The notes below the pieces were generated by a model, which had not been told where the DNA came from, ran no database searches, and worked only from the letters and a program-made list of their open reading frames with translations. Below are positions 37,201 through 50,719 of a DNA stretch of 64,000 nucleotides, one piece after another (the first letter of the stretch is position 1; every line of letters begins with the position of its first letter). The translations under genes and the position numbers were made by a program. The stretch is from Mobula birostris (lineage: Eukaryota): positions 101,436,687 through 101,500,686 of the forward strand of contig NC_092372.1 of NCBI RefSeq assembly GCF_030028105.1. Direction: 5' to 3'.

Positions 37201-39824
37201 AAGAGTCACGACCTTCAGGTTTATGAAACTATGCTGAATTATTGCTTCAATGTATTCTATCAATGATTTGTTGAAATGTATTTGTTTCAATGATTAAATA
37301 AATCTGCAGTGTTGATGAGAAGAGAGAAGGTGTTCATGGAGTATGGTGGGAAATGAACTGCTGGAATTATTCACTCTATTAAGAGCTTACAGAACACAGC
37401 CGAAGCCTCAGCAAGACCTTTGTCAAACCATTAGGAATTACTTTCAAATTATATTTACTGATGACAAAAAATACAACATATGTTATTGATTGTTATACAA
37501 ATACTACAAGGTTTCATTTCATGAACTAAACAATTTCCAATCAGTAAATACTACTGATTTATTCTACGCTGGTTGTGACTATCTTTCCAGATGCTTTTTC
37601 CCTCTCTTCATGTGAAAGTACATTTCATGGTAGGGCAGGAACCTTTCAGTTCCACTGCAGGCATGTGCTCACTAGTTTTAATCTGTCTACACAAGTTTGA
37701 GATTAAATCTAAGGCCTGTTAGAATAACAAATTTCATTAAGAGCAGAAATGACTGGGAATCTGTATTCCCACAATCAAATGGTACCATTTGAATTTAAGA
37801 ACACCCTCTAAATGATATGGTCTGGATAACGGAATGATTGTAAATATGTTTAACACATAGGAAATTGTATTCAGCATAACATTTACGGTAAACCATATAT
37901 GAAGAAGTTGTTAAAAGTGGAGATGTATAGTGATTACAGCAGATGCTATCCAGTTAATTCCACATCAATGCACCTTTACCTGTAGATTTCTGTATCCAGC
38001 TCTTCAAATCAAGATGTATTTAATAATGAATAATGAATTTTCTGTTCCTACCTCAGAACTAATTTAAGGCCAAAAATGCCTTACCTGTAATGACTAAAGA
38101 AACCAGTTGATGATGGGCTAGATTCATTCACATTTTTGAAAATGAAGATTTGTATCTTTATATGGTGTCTGTCAGCTTCAGCCAAACACACTGTCAATTC
38201 TGATTTTATCAACATTTAGTAAATAGATTAAAATGATATAGGAGTAAAGAGGGGAAGCAGAAATGTGTTTCCATAAAATGCAACTACCAGAGAGTGCAAG
38301 GAATAACCCCTTCATAAAAGTCTGATTAAAACTCTGCTTTATACAGCCTCTCTGGGTGCTTTAAATTCTTATTTAATTAACTTATTATAAAAGCTTTTTA
38401 CTACCTTTGGAAGAGAAAATTATAATTTTAAAACTTTTTTGTAAGATTAAAAATTCAATATTTTTTCTTCCCTTTATTTAAAAAATAATTGAATTTAAGT
38501 GAAGAAAATACCGAATATCTGTGCTATTGATTTACTGCAATACTTAATAAGCAGTTCCTATTATATGTAGTATGAAGTACCTTGAAGATCTTAATTTGAA
38601 AGAAAGATAGCAATAAATTGAAGAAATGTTATTACTCTTTTATAGGTGCTAGATATGTCAAAAAAATGATCAAAATATTCATATTTGTTTTATTAAAGGA
38701 ATAATATACCAACAAATTTGTTTTTTCCGCACCAATTTTTTCATAAGCATTTCTTTTTAAGAAATAAAATGCTATACAATCATAAATATCAAAGAACCTA
38801 GAAAAATACCTGTGACAGAAATAGTAATCAAATAAAGGAAATTTCAAACTCAGACAATAAAATTCTATTTTAATATTTCTATTTTAAGCATTAAGTGAAA
38901 TCCCTTTTTTTCAGAAGAATTCTGTTTAGTACTGGCAGATTAAAATTCCAATTCTATGCTTGGTTCTGTACACAGAAGCAATTTGGTAGAATTTCCAGTT
39001 TAGTCAGCTACTGAATTGTGATTCAAGCCACAAAGGTCATTTGACATTTCAGGAAATCCATTAGTCCATATGCTACTTGTCAAAAACACCATAATTCTAA
39101 ATTTCTGTTTACATCCAAGTCAAGTTCTTCACCCATTTGAAATTCTAAGGACATTTCACTTTCTGCTGTTGCATTATGTGTGATCTCAATTAAAATATGA
39201 ATATTTACATCAGAAGTAGGAAAAGGGAGACCAGGTTAATACTTTTCTTGGGTGTAATGCATCAATCACAACCTCATCCATTTATCATCCATTGCTCGCA
39301 ATGAGCTTCATCAGGTTTTCACTGTGGGAGAGATGACATAGTTTCAAATATTCATAGGACAGTGACTCAGGCAATTATTTATTTGGTTATATGAACAGAA
39401 AGGATACAAGCTTAGTTTTCTCCATGTCAAGGAAATTAAGCTTGTACTCATCTCCTTTTATATTATATATAATTGAAATCAGGTGAAGATGGTTAATGAA
39501 GGAAAATTCCCTTTTTCAAATAAAATGAAAGCTTTATTGTTAGTCTAACATTTTACTAATACTTTGAAACTGGAATCATGGACTATTAGATTATAAGATT
39601 TGAGAGCAACAACATCTTGTGATTAAATTTATGAAACTTCAGGTCACTAAGCAAAGACAGATTTAGCTTAATGAAGAATCAGATACTAATATGGAAAACC
39701 AACAGATTTATGACAAAGTTGAAGATCAAGTCTGATTAAAGCAATAGACTTTCAATGTTCTGACCTGCTCAATACCTCTGAAAATCAGCATCAAATGTTC
39801 AATATTATATCATAAAAATCAAAA

Positions 39825-40022
39825 CCTGAGATGCTGGAAATTTTTAAGACAAGCAGGAAATTCAGGAACACTCAAAATTTCAAGCTGCATCTATAGAAAG
39901 AGAAATAGTTAACAGGTACATTATTTCTGTTCTGACAAAGGGTCCAAGAACTGAAACTTTAAGATTTTATCTTTCCACAGATGTCACCTGAAGTAATGAA
40001 GTTTCCTGTATTTTCTGATTTC
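39825..40022. mobile_element. Fold-back Penelope terminal-repeat relic with decayed hammerhead
   Basis: GATGCTGGAAA..GCATCTATAGAAAGAGAAATAGTTAAC, then CTGACAAAGGGTCCAAGAACTGAAACTTTAA..TCCACAGATGTCACCTGA. Confidence 0.55.
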
Positions 40023-40479
40023 ATGCTGCTAAATTGCCTCTATTGAAAGATCCAGCAAGGACGAAGTTTGGAACTTCTCCCTGTACAGTGTCATTTAAAC
40101 AGGTAAATGCTTGATTGGACCTGGTCACTTTGGACCCACAATATATGTTTTAGGATTACAGAAACGTACTACATATCCATGGCTCTGCCCTTTTGGCAAC
40201 ACGATTTCAACAGTAATAGTAGCAAAAAAAAATCCAATGCTTAGGGCACAGCTAGCCAAGTCATGGCAGTGAAAGATGGAATTGGAAGTTAAGAAAGAGG
40301 ACAGGATTGGAGTTGTGTGGAGATCTCATGAAGCTGTAGGAGTGGAGAATATTTCAGAACCAAGAGTGTGTGAGAACATACAGTGATTAGAGTGTGAGGC
40401 CATGAATCCTTTATTCCAGGTGTTGCCAAGTCAATGACAAACAAAATCAGAAAAGCAGGGGATTGGGCTGAATGAGAGG

Positions 40480-40984
40480 ATGTTGGAGGATGTCTATAGT
40501 TAGGGGGGTCAGACAGGCGATTCTGTGGATGCAGGAAAGAAACTCGGATGATAGTTTGCCTCCCAGGTGCCAGGATCTGGGATGTTTCAGATCGCTTCCA
40601 AGGTATCCTGCAGTGGGAGGGAGAACAACCAGAGGCCGTGGTACATATTGGTACCAATGACATAGGTAGGAAAAGGGAAGAGGTCCTGAAAAAAGAGTAC
40701 AGGGAGTTAGGAAGGAAGTTGAGAAACAGGACTGCAAAGGTAGTAATCTCAGGATTACTGCCTGTGCCACGCGACAGTGAGTATAGGAATAGAATGAGGT
40801 GGAGAATAAATGCGTGGCTGAGGGATTGGAGCGGCGGGGGCAGAGATTCAGATTTCTGGATCATTGGGACCTCTTTTGGGGCAGGTGTGACCTGTACAAA
40901 AAGGACAAGTTGCACTTGAATCCCAGGGAGACTAATATCCTGGCGGGGAGGTTTGCTAAGGCTACTGGGGAGAGTTTAAAATAG
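40480..40984 (+). pseudogene. CR1 ORF1 SGNH/GDSL esterase domain
   Basis: SIVRG..DRRFCG, CLPGARIWDV, VVHIGTNDI, VISGLLPVP, DKLHLNPRETNIL. Confidence 0.88.
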
Positions 40985-41109
40985 AATTGTTGGGGGGTGA
41001 GAACCGAACTGAAGAGACTGGAGAAGAGGTAGTTGGCTCACAAATAGACAAAGCTTGTAGACAGTGCGAGAGGGAGGATAGGCAGGTGATAGAGAAGGGA
41101 CGCGCTCAG

Positions 41110-43875
41110 ACCGAAGGTTTAAAGTGCAGCTATTTTAACGCAAGGAATGTTGTGAACAAAGCGGATGAACTCAGAGCATGGATCAGTACTTGGAGATATA
41201 ATGTGGTGGCCATTACAGAGACTTGCATAGCTCAGGGACAGGAATGGTTACTTTAAGTGCTGGGTTTCAGATGTTTCAGATAGGATAGGGAGGGAGGCAA
41301 AAGAGGTGGGGGCGAGGCACTGTTGATCAGAGATAGTGTCACGACTGCAGAATAGGTGGATGCCATGGAGGGATTGTTTACGGTGTCTCTGTGGGTGGAG
41401 GTTAGGAACAGGAAGGGATCAATAACTTTACTGGGTGTTTTTTATAGGCCTCAATAGTAAAAGGGATATCGAGGAGCAGATAGGGAAACAGATCCTGGAA
41501 AGGTGTAATAACAGCAGAGTTGCTGTGATGGGAGATTTTAATTTCCCAAATATCGATTGGCATCTCCCTAGATCAAAGGGATTAGACGGTTTGTTTGGTG
41601 TGTTCAGGAAAGGTTCTTGACACAATATGTGGATAAGCCTACAAGAGGAGAGGCTGTACTTGATCTGGTATTGGGAAATGAACCTGGTCAAGTGTCAGAT
41701 CTCTCAGTGGGAGAGCATTTTGGAGATAGTGATCATAATTCTGTCTCCTTTACATTAGCATTGGAGAGAGATAGGAACAGACAAGTTAGAAAAGTGTTTA
41801 ATTGGAGTAAGGGGAATAATGAGGCTATCGGGCAGGAAATTGGAAGCTTAAACTGGAAACCGATGTTCTCAGGGCAAAGTACGGAAGAAATGTGGCAAAT
41901 GTCCAGGGGATGTTTGTGTGGAGTTCTGTATAGGTACATTCCAATGAGACAGGGAAGTTATGGTAGGGAACAGGAACTGTGGTGTACAAAGGCTGTAATA
42001 AATCTAGTCAAGAAGAAAAGAAAAACTTACAAAAGGTTCAGAGAGCTAGGTAAAGTTAGAGATCAAGAAGATTATAAGGCTAACAGGAAGGAGCTTAAGA
42101 AGGAAATTAGGAGAGCCAGAAGCGGCCATGAGAAGGCCTTGGTGGGCAGGATTAAGGAAAACCCCAAGGCATTCTACAAGTATGTGAAGGGCAAGAGGAT
42201 AAGATGTAAAAGAATAGGGCCTATCAAGTGTGACAGTGGGAAAGTGTGTATGGAACCGGAGGAAATAGCAGGTTTACTTAATGAATACTTTACTTCAGTA
42301 TTCACGATGGAAAAGGATCTTGGTGATTGTAGTGATGACTTGTAGCAGACTGAAAAGCTAGAGCATATAGATATTAAGAAAGAGGATATGCTGGAGCTTT
42401 TGAAAAGTGTTAAGTTGGATAAGTCACCGGGACTGGATGAGATGTACCCCAGGCTACTGTGGGAGGTGAGGGAAGAGATTGCTGAGCCTCTGGCGATGAT
42501 CTTTGCATCATCAGTGAGGTCGGGAGAGGTTCCGGAGGATTGGAGGGTTGCGGATGTTTTTCCTTTATTCAAGAAAGTGAGTAGAGATAGCCCAGGAAAT
42601 TATAGGCCACTGAGTCTTACTTCAGTGGTTGGTAAGTTGATGGAGAAGATCCTAAGAGGCAGAATTTATGAGCATTTGGAGAGGCATAATATGATTAGAA
42701 ATAGTCAGTATGGCTTTACCAAATGCAGGTCATACCTAACAAGCCTGATAGAATTTTTTGAGGATATGACTAAACACATTGATGAAGGAAGAGCAGTAGA
42801 TGTAGTGTATATGGATTTCAGCAAGGCATTTGATAAGGTACCCTATGCAAGGCTATTGAGAAAGTAAGGAGGCATGGGATCCAAGGGGAAATTGCTTTGT
42901 GGATCCAGAACTGACTTGCCCACAGAAGGTTGTAGACGAGTCACTTTCTGCATGGAGGTCGGTCACCAATGGAGTGCCTCAGGGATCTGTTCTGGGACCC
43001 TTTCTCTTTGTGATTTTTATAAATGACCTGGATGAGGAAGTGGAGGGATGGGTTAGAAAGTTTGCTGATGACACAGAGGTTGGAGGTGTTGTGGATAGTG
43101 TGGAGGGCTATCAGAGGTTACAGTGGGACATTGATAGGATGCACAACTGGGCTGAGAAGTGTCAGATGGAGTTCAACCCAGATAAGTGTGAAATGGTTCA
43201 TTTTGGTAGGTCAAATATGATGGCAGAATATAATATTAATGGTAAGACTCTTGGCAGTGTGGAGGATCAGAGGGATCTTGGGGTCCAAGTCCACAGGACA
43301 CTCAAAGCAGCTGAGTGGGTTGACTCTGTGGTTAAGAAGGTGTACGGTGTATTGGCCTTCATCAATCATGGGATTGAGTTTAGGAGCCAAGAGGTAATGT
43401 TGCAGCTATATAGGACCCTGGTCAGACCCCACTTGGAGTACTGTGCTTAGTTCTGGTCGCCTCACTACAAGAAGGATGTGGAAGCCATAGAAAGGGTGAA
43501 GAGATTTACAAGGATGTTGCCTGGATTGGGAGCATGCCTTATGAGAATAGGTTGAGTGAACTTGGCCTTTTCTCTTTGGAGCGACGGAACATGAGAGGTG
43601 ACTTGATAGAGGTGTACAAGATGATGAGAGGCATTGATCGTGTGGATAGTCAGAGGCTTTTTCCCAGGGCTGAAATGGTTGCCACAAGAGCACACAGGTT
43701 TAAGGTGCTGGGGAGTAGCTATGGAGGAGATGTCAGGGGTAAGTTTTTTACGCAGAGAGTAGTGAGTGCGTGGAATGGGCTGCTGGCAACAGTGGTGGAG
43801 GTGGGTACGATAGGGTCTTTTAAGAGACTTTTGGATAGGTACATGGAGCTTAGAAAAATAGAGGGCTATAGGTAA
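41110..43875 (+). pseudogene. CR1 ORF2 (APE endonuclease and reverse transcriptase)
   Basis: YFNARNVVNK, VAITET, MGDFNFPNIDW, GDSDHNS; NYRPLSLTSVVGK, YMDFSKAFDKVP, GVPQGSVLGP, KFADDT. Confidence 0.95.
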
Positions 43876-44375
43876 GCCTAGTAATTTCAAAGGTAGGGGC
43901 ATGTTCAGCACAACTTTGTGGGCTAAATGGCCTGTATTTTGCTGTAGATTTTCTATGCTTCTGTGTGAGAAAGGATACAAGTCCTGGATAATTTTGAAGA
44001 ATTTATCTCCTTGTGGTTATATATGGTACTGTGTTTAGCAAATTTGTTTACCAATGTATTTTGCCAAAGTGGAGATAGTTAAGTGACAAAACATTGCCAA
44101 ACATCCCTGAAATCAGCTCCCATAATTCCAGCATCCACGTCAACAATACTACATCATTATAAATCTGCCCTTTGATGGGCTTTACTCATTTTCCCCAATT
44201 AAAACCTCATGCCATCCAGAATATTTTGGGTATCAGGAGCAGGTGGATAACTCCTCTACCTAATCCTTAGACTTCTTTGAGGATTTGTAGAGTAGTAAAG
44301 AACATTAGGAATATTAAAAATATATTAGTAACTCTCACTGTGCATATGTTTTTCATACTTGGCCCTGATCCCTCA

Positions 44376-46020
44376 CCATAAGGCCATAAGACATAGGAGC
44401 AGAATTAGGCCATTCAGCTCATTCCATCATGGCTGATCCCAGATCCCACCCAACCCCATACACCTGCCTTCTCACCTTATCCTTTGATGCCCTGACCAAT
44501 CAGGAAACTATGAACTTCCTCCTTAAAAATACCCACTGAGTAGGCCTCCACCTCAATCTGTAGCAGGGCATTCCACAGATTCACTACTCTCTGGCTAAAA
44601 ATAATCCTCCTTACCTCTGTTCTAAAAAGCTGCCCCTCAATTTTGAGGCTGTGCCCTCAGGTTCTGGATACCCCCACCACAGGAAACATTCTCTCCACAT
44701 CCACTTCATCTAGTCCTTTCAACATTTAGTAGGTTTCAACGAGATCCCCACGCATTCTTCTAAATTCCAGTGAGTACAGGCTCAAAGCTGCCAAATGCTC
44801 CTCATATGTTAACCCCTTCATTCCTGGAATCATCCTCATGAACCTGCTCTGGACACTCTCCAATGACAATACTTTCTGAGATTAGGGGCCCAAAACTGTT
44901 GACAATACTGAAAGTGCAGCCTGACTAGTGTCTTATAAAGCTCCAGTATTATCTCCTTCTTTTTATGTTCTATTCCCCTTGAAATAAACGCTAACATTGC
45001 ATTTTCCTTCTTTACCACCGACTCAACCTGTGAATTATCCTTCTGGGAGTCTTGCACGAGGACTCCTAAATCCCTCTGCACTTTTGATGTTTGAATTTTC
45101 TTCCCATTTAGATAATAGTCTGCACTATTGTTCCTTTTACCAAAATGCATTATCATACTGGCTTTGGAGGCAGTGCAGAGGAGGTTTACCAGGTTGATTC
45201 CAGAGATGAAGGGGTTAACTTATGAGGCGAGATAGAGTCGTCTGGAATTCAGAAGAATGAGAGGGGATCTTATAGAAACATACAAAATTTTGAAAGGGAC
45301 AGATAAAATAGAAGTAGGAAAGTTGTTTCCATAGGTAGCTGAGACTAGAACTAGGGGACATTGCCTCAAGATTCACGGGGGAAGATTTAGGACGGAAATG
45401 AGGAGAATCTGTTTTTCCCAGAGAGTGGTGAATCTGTGGAATTCTCTGCCCAGGGAAGCAGTTGAGGCTTCTTCACTAAATATATTTAAGATACAGTTAG
45501 CTAGATTTTTACATAGTAGGGAAATTAGGGGTTATGGGGAAAAGGCAGGTACAGTAGATGGAGCTGAGTTTGGGACAGATCAGCCATGATCCTATTGAAT
45601 GGCAGGGAAGGCTCAATGGGCCGGATGGCCTACTCCTGCTCCTATTTCTTATGTTCTTATGTTCTTATACATTTCCCAACACTGTATTCCATTTGCCTCT
45701 TTTTTGCCCATTCTTCCAATTTGTCGAAGTCCTGTTGCAATCGTATTGTTTCCTCAGCACTACCTACCCCCCACCTATCTTTGTATCATCTGCAATCTTT
45801 GTCACAAAGCCATCAATTCCATTAACTAAATCATTGACAAACAATGTGATAAGCAGCGGTCCCAATACTGACCCCTGAGGAACACTACTAGTCACTGGCA
45901 GCCAACCAAAAAAGACCACTTTTATTCCCACTCACTGCCTCCTGCCTGTCAGCCATTCCTCTATCCATGCCAGTATCTTTCCTGTAACGCCACAGGATTT
46001 TATCTTGTTAAGCAGCCTCA
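44376..46020 (-). mobile_element. CR1 LINE (RT to 3' end) split by an opposite-strand CR1 at 45159-45666
   Basis: IMHFGKRN, QRDLGVLV, LYKTLVRLHFQYC; the sequence rejoins as AAAATGCATTATCATAC|ATTTCCC. Confidence 0.88.
45159..45666 (+). mobile_element. CR1 3' fragment nested in another CR1
   Basis: ALEAVQRRFTRLIP, FSQRVVNLWNSLP; tail (TTCTTATG)n; ATAC duplicated at both junctions. Confidence 0.88.
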
Positions 46021-47034
46021 CTACATACTTTGGTAAAATCTTTACTGTTTCTAAAGTATGTCATGGAAATAAAAATAGCTCTCCAACATTTAATTTTGCA
46101 TTCATAGGAATGTGAATATATTTTGTATTTAAATGGAGTCAATCAAATATTATATGGATAAAGAACCTTATTCATAAGCTACATTAGTTGTGAATGCTGT
46201 GCATGCAGTCTATTAACAACATGTCATTTCACATCCCCTTGGTTCCTGGGTTCAAGGATCAACAATTTAATTAATTGCAGTACACGGGCAGTCTAATTAT
46301 TTATTTAGAGTAGTGGCATTGTCTAAACTATTAGCCAGATTTTTTTGGATTTCATATAAAAATCATATTTTTCACCACCAATATTTTTATGCTTAAGTTT
46401 CTGAACTCATTGCAAAGGCAAATGTCCCGTACTTAATATCCCAGCTCTGTCAACCACTACCCAGTTGTGTTTTGCTCCAGGATTTCACAATTAGGAGGCT
46501 CTTGACCTAATTTAAGAAATTAAGTGCTAAATTTACCAAATCCACTCTGCCAGAGGAATGTCATGATTAAAGGAAAGAAGGGTCAAAGTTTCAAACTTCT
46601 CTTTGACTTGTGTACCTATTGACCAGTCTACCAGAGGACCTTTTCTCAAAAGGTGCTACACAATTCTGGCTTATGCTCATAATAGGGTTCCCACTACATT
46701 TTCAAGGTGATAATAGAGGCTGAAAGAGAGCAAATCTGTTGAAATTTCTAGCAACTTGATTTCAGTTTAATTGGCTTAGTGTCATGACCGAAACCTGAAT
46801 TTACAATTCCCAAAATTGAAAACAAAAATATTGCAGTAGTACTGCAAAACAAAATAAAGGATTTGGGAGGATTTGATCCACGAAGAAAGAAGCTTCTCAG
46901 TAAATATGTATTCCGAAAAATTCACAGTTCCATTATCAAAGTGATTGTGAATATAATCACATAGCTGTCAGTCAAAAATGTATCTAGGAATAATTTGCCC
47001 CCCCCCAAATATTCAATTATTATGAGTGATTCTA

Positions 47035-47395
47035 CAGTGTGGGTGGCAGGGTGAAGATACATCTCTACCAAAGGAGGTGTAAGGCACACCTTCCCTCCGC
47101 AGAGCCTGCAAGTCACCCTTAGGCCACCCTTAGGCAAGGTGTAGCACCTCGGTCAGGATCATCTGAAGCCATGGGAACAGGTGGTGGATGGTTGTACAAG
47201 CAACTGGTGCATATCACAAGTACTGGTTATGTGACCATTGACATCAAGCAGACAATCCCTGAAGAGCATTGATAATGGCTGGGGTCACCCATGTTGTAAA
47301 GACATTGCCCAGAAGAAGGTAATGGTAAACCATTTCTGTAGAAAAGTTTGCCAAGAACAATCATGATCATGGAAAGACACATAAAGAACAAATGA
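47035..47395 (+). mobile_element. Non-autonomous element with RTE/BovB-like 3' tail
   Basis: AGAAGAAGGTAATGGTAAACCATTTCTGTAGAAAAGTTTGCCAAGAAC resembles the BovB/Sauria-SINE type terminus. Confidence 0.55.
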
Positions 47396-47815
47396 ACACT
47401 TCAGTGTAATTATAAGAAATATATCTTACAGGAGCAGGAAAGTTCTTTGAATTTCTCATTAGTTATGCTTCCTCCTCCTTGTTAAACCTCAAAAGAACTT
47501 GTGTAATAACTTGCTAGTAGTTCAATCCAACAGTGGCATGAGAATGGGAAAACACATCGGACCTCAAATACTGGCAAGAAAATAGGAACACCTCCTCCAC
47601 CCAATTGCATTTATAGATTGAGAAAGGACCAAGGGAATAATGGACAAGAAAGGTGAATTGGAGTCAAATAATCTACAAAAAAAAAGGGAGAAAAAGTTAT
47701 ACTGCAGATGTATGTGGATGTTCTTGTGAGAGCAAGAAAGAAAAAGAGAATGGGAATGAAAAGCTTTTTTTTAAGTAGAAAACTAAAACGATCTAGTGCT
47801 TTCCTGGTGTAAATG

Positions 47816-47917
47816 ATGAATAAACTCTTCTCAGGCCTCCAGCCAGGTACAGGTATTGAAATGTCAGTTATAATCAATACCTGTACCTGTCTGGAAGCAT
47901 AAGAAGAACTTATTCAT
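47816..47917. repeat. Hairpin with 44-bp arms and 14-nt loop; likely head-to-head Penelope terminal repeats
   Basis: Arms 47816-47859 and 47874-47917 match at 38/44 positions; GAAATGTC at the apex resembles the hammerhead 3' GAAACGTC. Confidence 0.75.
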
Positions 47918-48367
47918 TAGAAAACTAAAAGTTTGAAATAGTTAAAATCTCTAAGAAATACTTGGCACCTGCAGATTGAGATGGAAAAGATTAAGGTATT
48001 CCACTTCTAGGCCAGAATGACTAATTAAGGTGTTCTAATTTGTATCCAGAATGATTGACTTGTGTTAAATTGATATGTGTATACCATTAGACGGGTATTA
48101 GCACTCTCAGTTGCTAACCCTTATTTTGCAGTGTTTAAGAGGCAACCAATGTGAAAATCCCATTCGTTCTGAAAATTAAAGAGAAGTTGAAGAGAGGAGT
48201 TAAGTTCGACTGAGCTTACTAGCCAAATTGTGAATAAATAATTAATATCATAACAATTGACAACATTCTATTAATATGCTGCTGAGAATCTGTTTAATCA
48301 TTTGGAAATTGTGTTCCTCCCAGTACAGGAGTAACCTTGATCAATTAGTTGCATTGTTTCTACTATG

Positions 48368-49279
48368 AGTAGAGTGGTAAGCCTTATCAATGGCGATGAT
48401 GAGTCAGAGTACAGAGAGGAAGTAGAGTGACTGGTGGGCTGGTATGAGAAGAACAACTTAAGTCTGAACGTGAAGAAGACCAAGGAAATGATAGTGGACT
48501 TTAGGAAGGTGCAGATGAACCACCCCTGTCTGTGCATACACGGTTCCTCTGTAGAGGGAGTTACGTGCACCAAGTTCCTGGAGCTCACATCATGGACAAC
48601 CTTACCTGGTCCCTCAATATCACCTCCCTGAATAAGACGGCACAGCAGCCCCTCACTTCCTGAGGAGATTGAGGCAAGCGAGGCTCCCTCCCCCCACCCA
48701 CCCACACATCTTGACTGAATTTTATATGAGCATCATTGAGACCGTCCTGAAGAGCTGTCTCCATCAGGTACGGGAGCAACAGAGCATTGGATCAGAAGTC
48801 CCTACAAAGGACTATCAGAATGGCTGAGAGGATCATGGAGTCTCCCTGCCATTCATCAGGGTCATTTATCAGGAGTGCTGTGTATGCAGGGTCCTTTGTA
48901 TTATCAAGAATCCCACCCATCCATCCAGCATCCTCTTTGACTTCCTACCATCAGGCAGGAGATTCAGTTGCATAAAGGCAAGGTTGAGAAACAGTTTCTT
49001 CCCTCAACTCATTGGGCTTCTGAACTCCCAGCTGCATCACATTTGAAGTGTCACCTGATGATTTGTTCTGTACCTGACAATATTTAATTTATGCACTTTA
49101 TTTTGTTTACTTATGCATAATTCATTTATAGATTTAATTCTTACTTTCCTAAGTTATTGTGTGTTATATGTATGCTATGTGTACTACTGTGCTTCATACC
49201 CTAGTCTGGAGAAATGTTGTCTCTTTTGGGGGTATACATGTACAGTATATAGTTAACTGACAATAAACTTGACTTGACT
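48368..49279 (+). mobile_element. Rex1-like LINE 3' portion
   Basis: WYEKNNLSLNVKKTKEMIVDFRK, TKFL, KSLQRTIRMAERI; tail AATAAACTTGACTTGACT. Confidence 0.85.
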
Positions 49280-49991
49280 ATTAATCTTTCCTCGAGGCTT
49301 TTTTCTCAGTTTGAGCATGTAAAATTACTGAGTGTGCAAGATAATATAAGGATGTTGGCTAATGAAGTAGAAATGAAATGAACATAAAGTATTTTTCATA
49401 GCCAGCTACTATAACCTAAAAGTGTTAGAAGAATTTTGAACAATGACTTACAGGAAGGAATTGGATAACCACAGCAATGCAAAAAAAAAATGCATGGCAA
49501 TGAAGGAAGTACATTAATTAGTCCAATGGGCTTAATGTCTTCCTTTGTACTTTGATTCAATGATTCAACGCAGGCAAAAATGTTAATCTGATCTCAGACG
49601 AATTTTAATGTTAATATTTTCAGAATTACATGTCATAGAATCATAGCAACAAACAGGAGGAAGGCAATCTATTCAGCCTACCATAGACCCTTTAGTATCT
49701 AAGCACAGGTATCAAAAGCATAAAATCCATCAGAATTACACTCAGATCTCACTGTTGAATCAAGTACTTGAATGGAGTTTTTTTCTGAATGTTGAGTTCA
49801 TTGAAAAGACCAGCACTTACTATTGATCACAAATTATTTTTTATATGTGGTGATGAACAACCTTCTTGAACTGATAAATTCCTCTAGTGAAGTTGCTCCC
49901 AGTGTTATTGTTCCCATGCACCTGTTTCCCAGGTGCTTCTTGACGGTAAAAGTTGTGCATATGGAAGATGCTGTCAGAGCAATCTACCATG

Positions 49992-50514
49992 AGACCATAA
50001 GGCCATAATACCATAAGACTTAGGAGCAGAATTATGGCCACCTGGCCCATTGAGTCTGCTTTGTCATTCAATCATGGCTGATCCTTTTTTTCTGCTCCTC
50101 AACCCCAGTTCCTGGCACTTCTGTCCGTAATCTTTGATGCCATGTCCAATCAAGAACTTATCGATCTCTGCCTTAAATACACCAACAAACTGGCCTCCAC
50201 TGCTACATGTAGCAACGAATTCCACAAATTCACCACCCTTTGGCTAAAGAAATTTCTCCGCATCTCTGTTTTGAAAGGGCGTCCCTCTATCCTGAGGCTG
50301 TACCCTCTTGTCCTAGACTCTCCCACTATTGGAAACATCCCTTCCACATCTACTCTGTCGAGGCCATTCAATATTCGAAAGGTTTCAATGAGATCCCCCC
50401 TCATCCTTCTGAATTACAGCAAGTATAGACCCAGAGCCATCAAACGTTCCTCGGATGATAACCCTTTCATTCCTGGAATCATCCTTGTGAACCTCCTCTG
50501 AACCCTCTCCAATG
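49992..50514 (-). mobile_element. CR1 3' fragment
   Basis: MRGDLIETFRILNGLDRV, RRNFFSQRVVNLWNSL; tandem (ACCATAAG)-type tail. Confidence 0.9.
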
Positions 50515-50719
50515 CGAAGAGTAACTACAGTGCAGTACGTAGATGACAGATGCTACAGCCAGAGTGTAATGTCTATGATGGTGGATGGACTGTCATCAAT
50601 CCATCAAGGGGGATGTTTCATCTTGAATGGTTTGAAGTTTCTAGAGTGTCTCTGGAGCTGTGATCATCCCTGCAAATGAAGATTACTCCATCATGCTCTT
50701 GACTTCTCAGATCCACTTA

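Larger units (their letters stand above)
40478..43965 (+). mobile_element. Near full-length CR1 LINE (ORF1 esterase, ORF2, 3' UTR), inactivated
   Basis: Continuous ORF1-ORF2 motifs with scattered stops and frameshifts; tail GGCCTGTATTTTGCTGTAGATTTTCTATGCTTCT. Confidence 0.95.
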
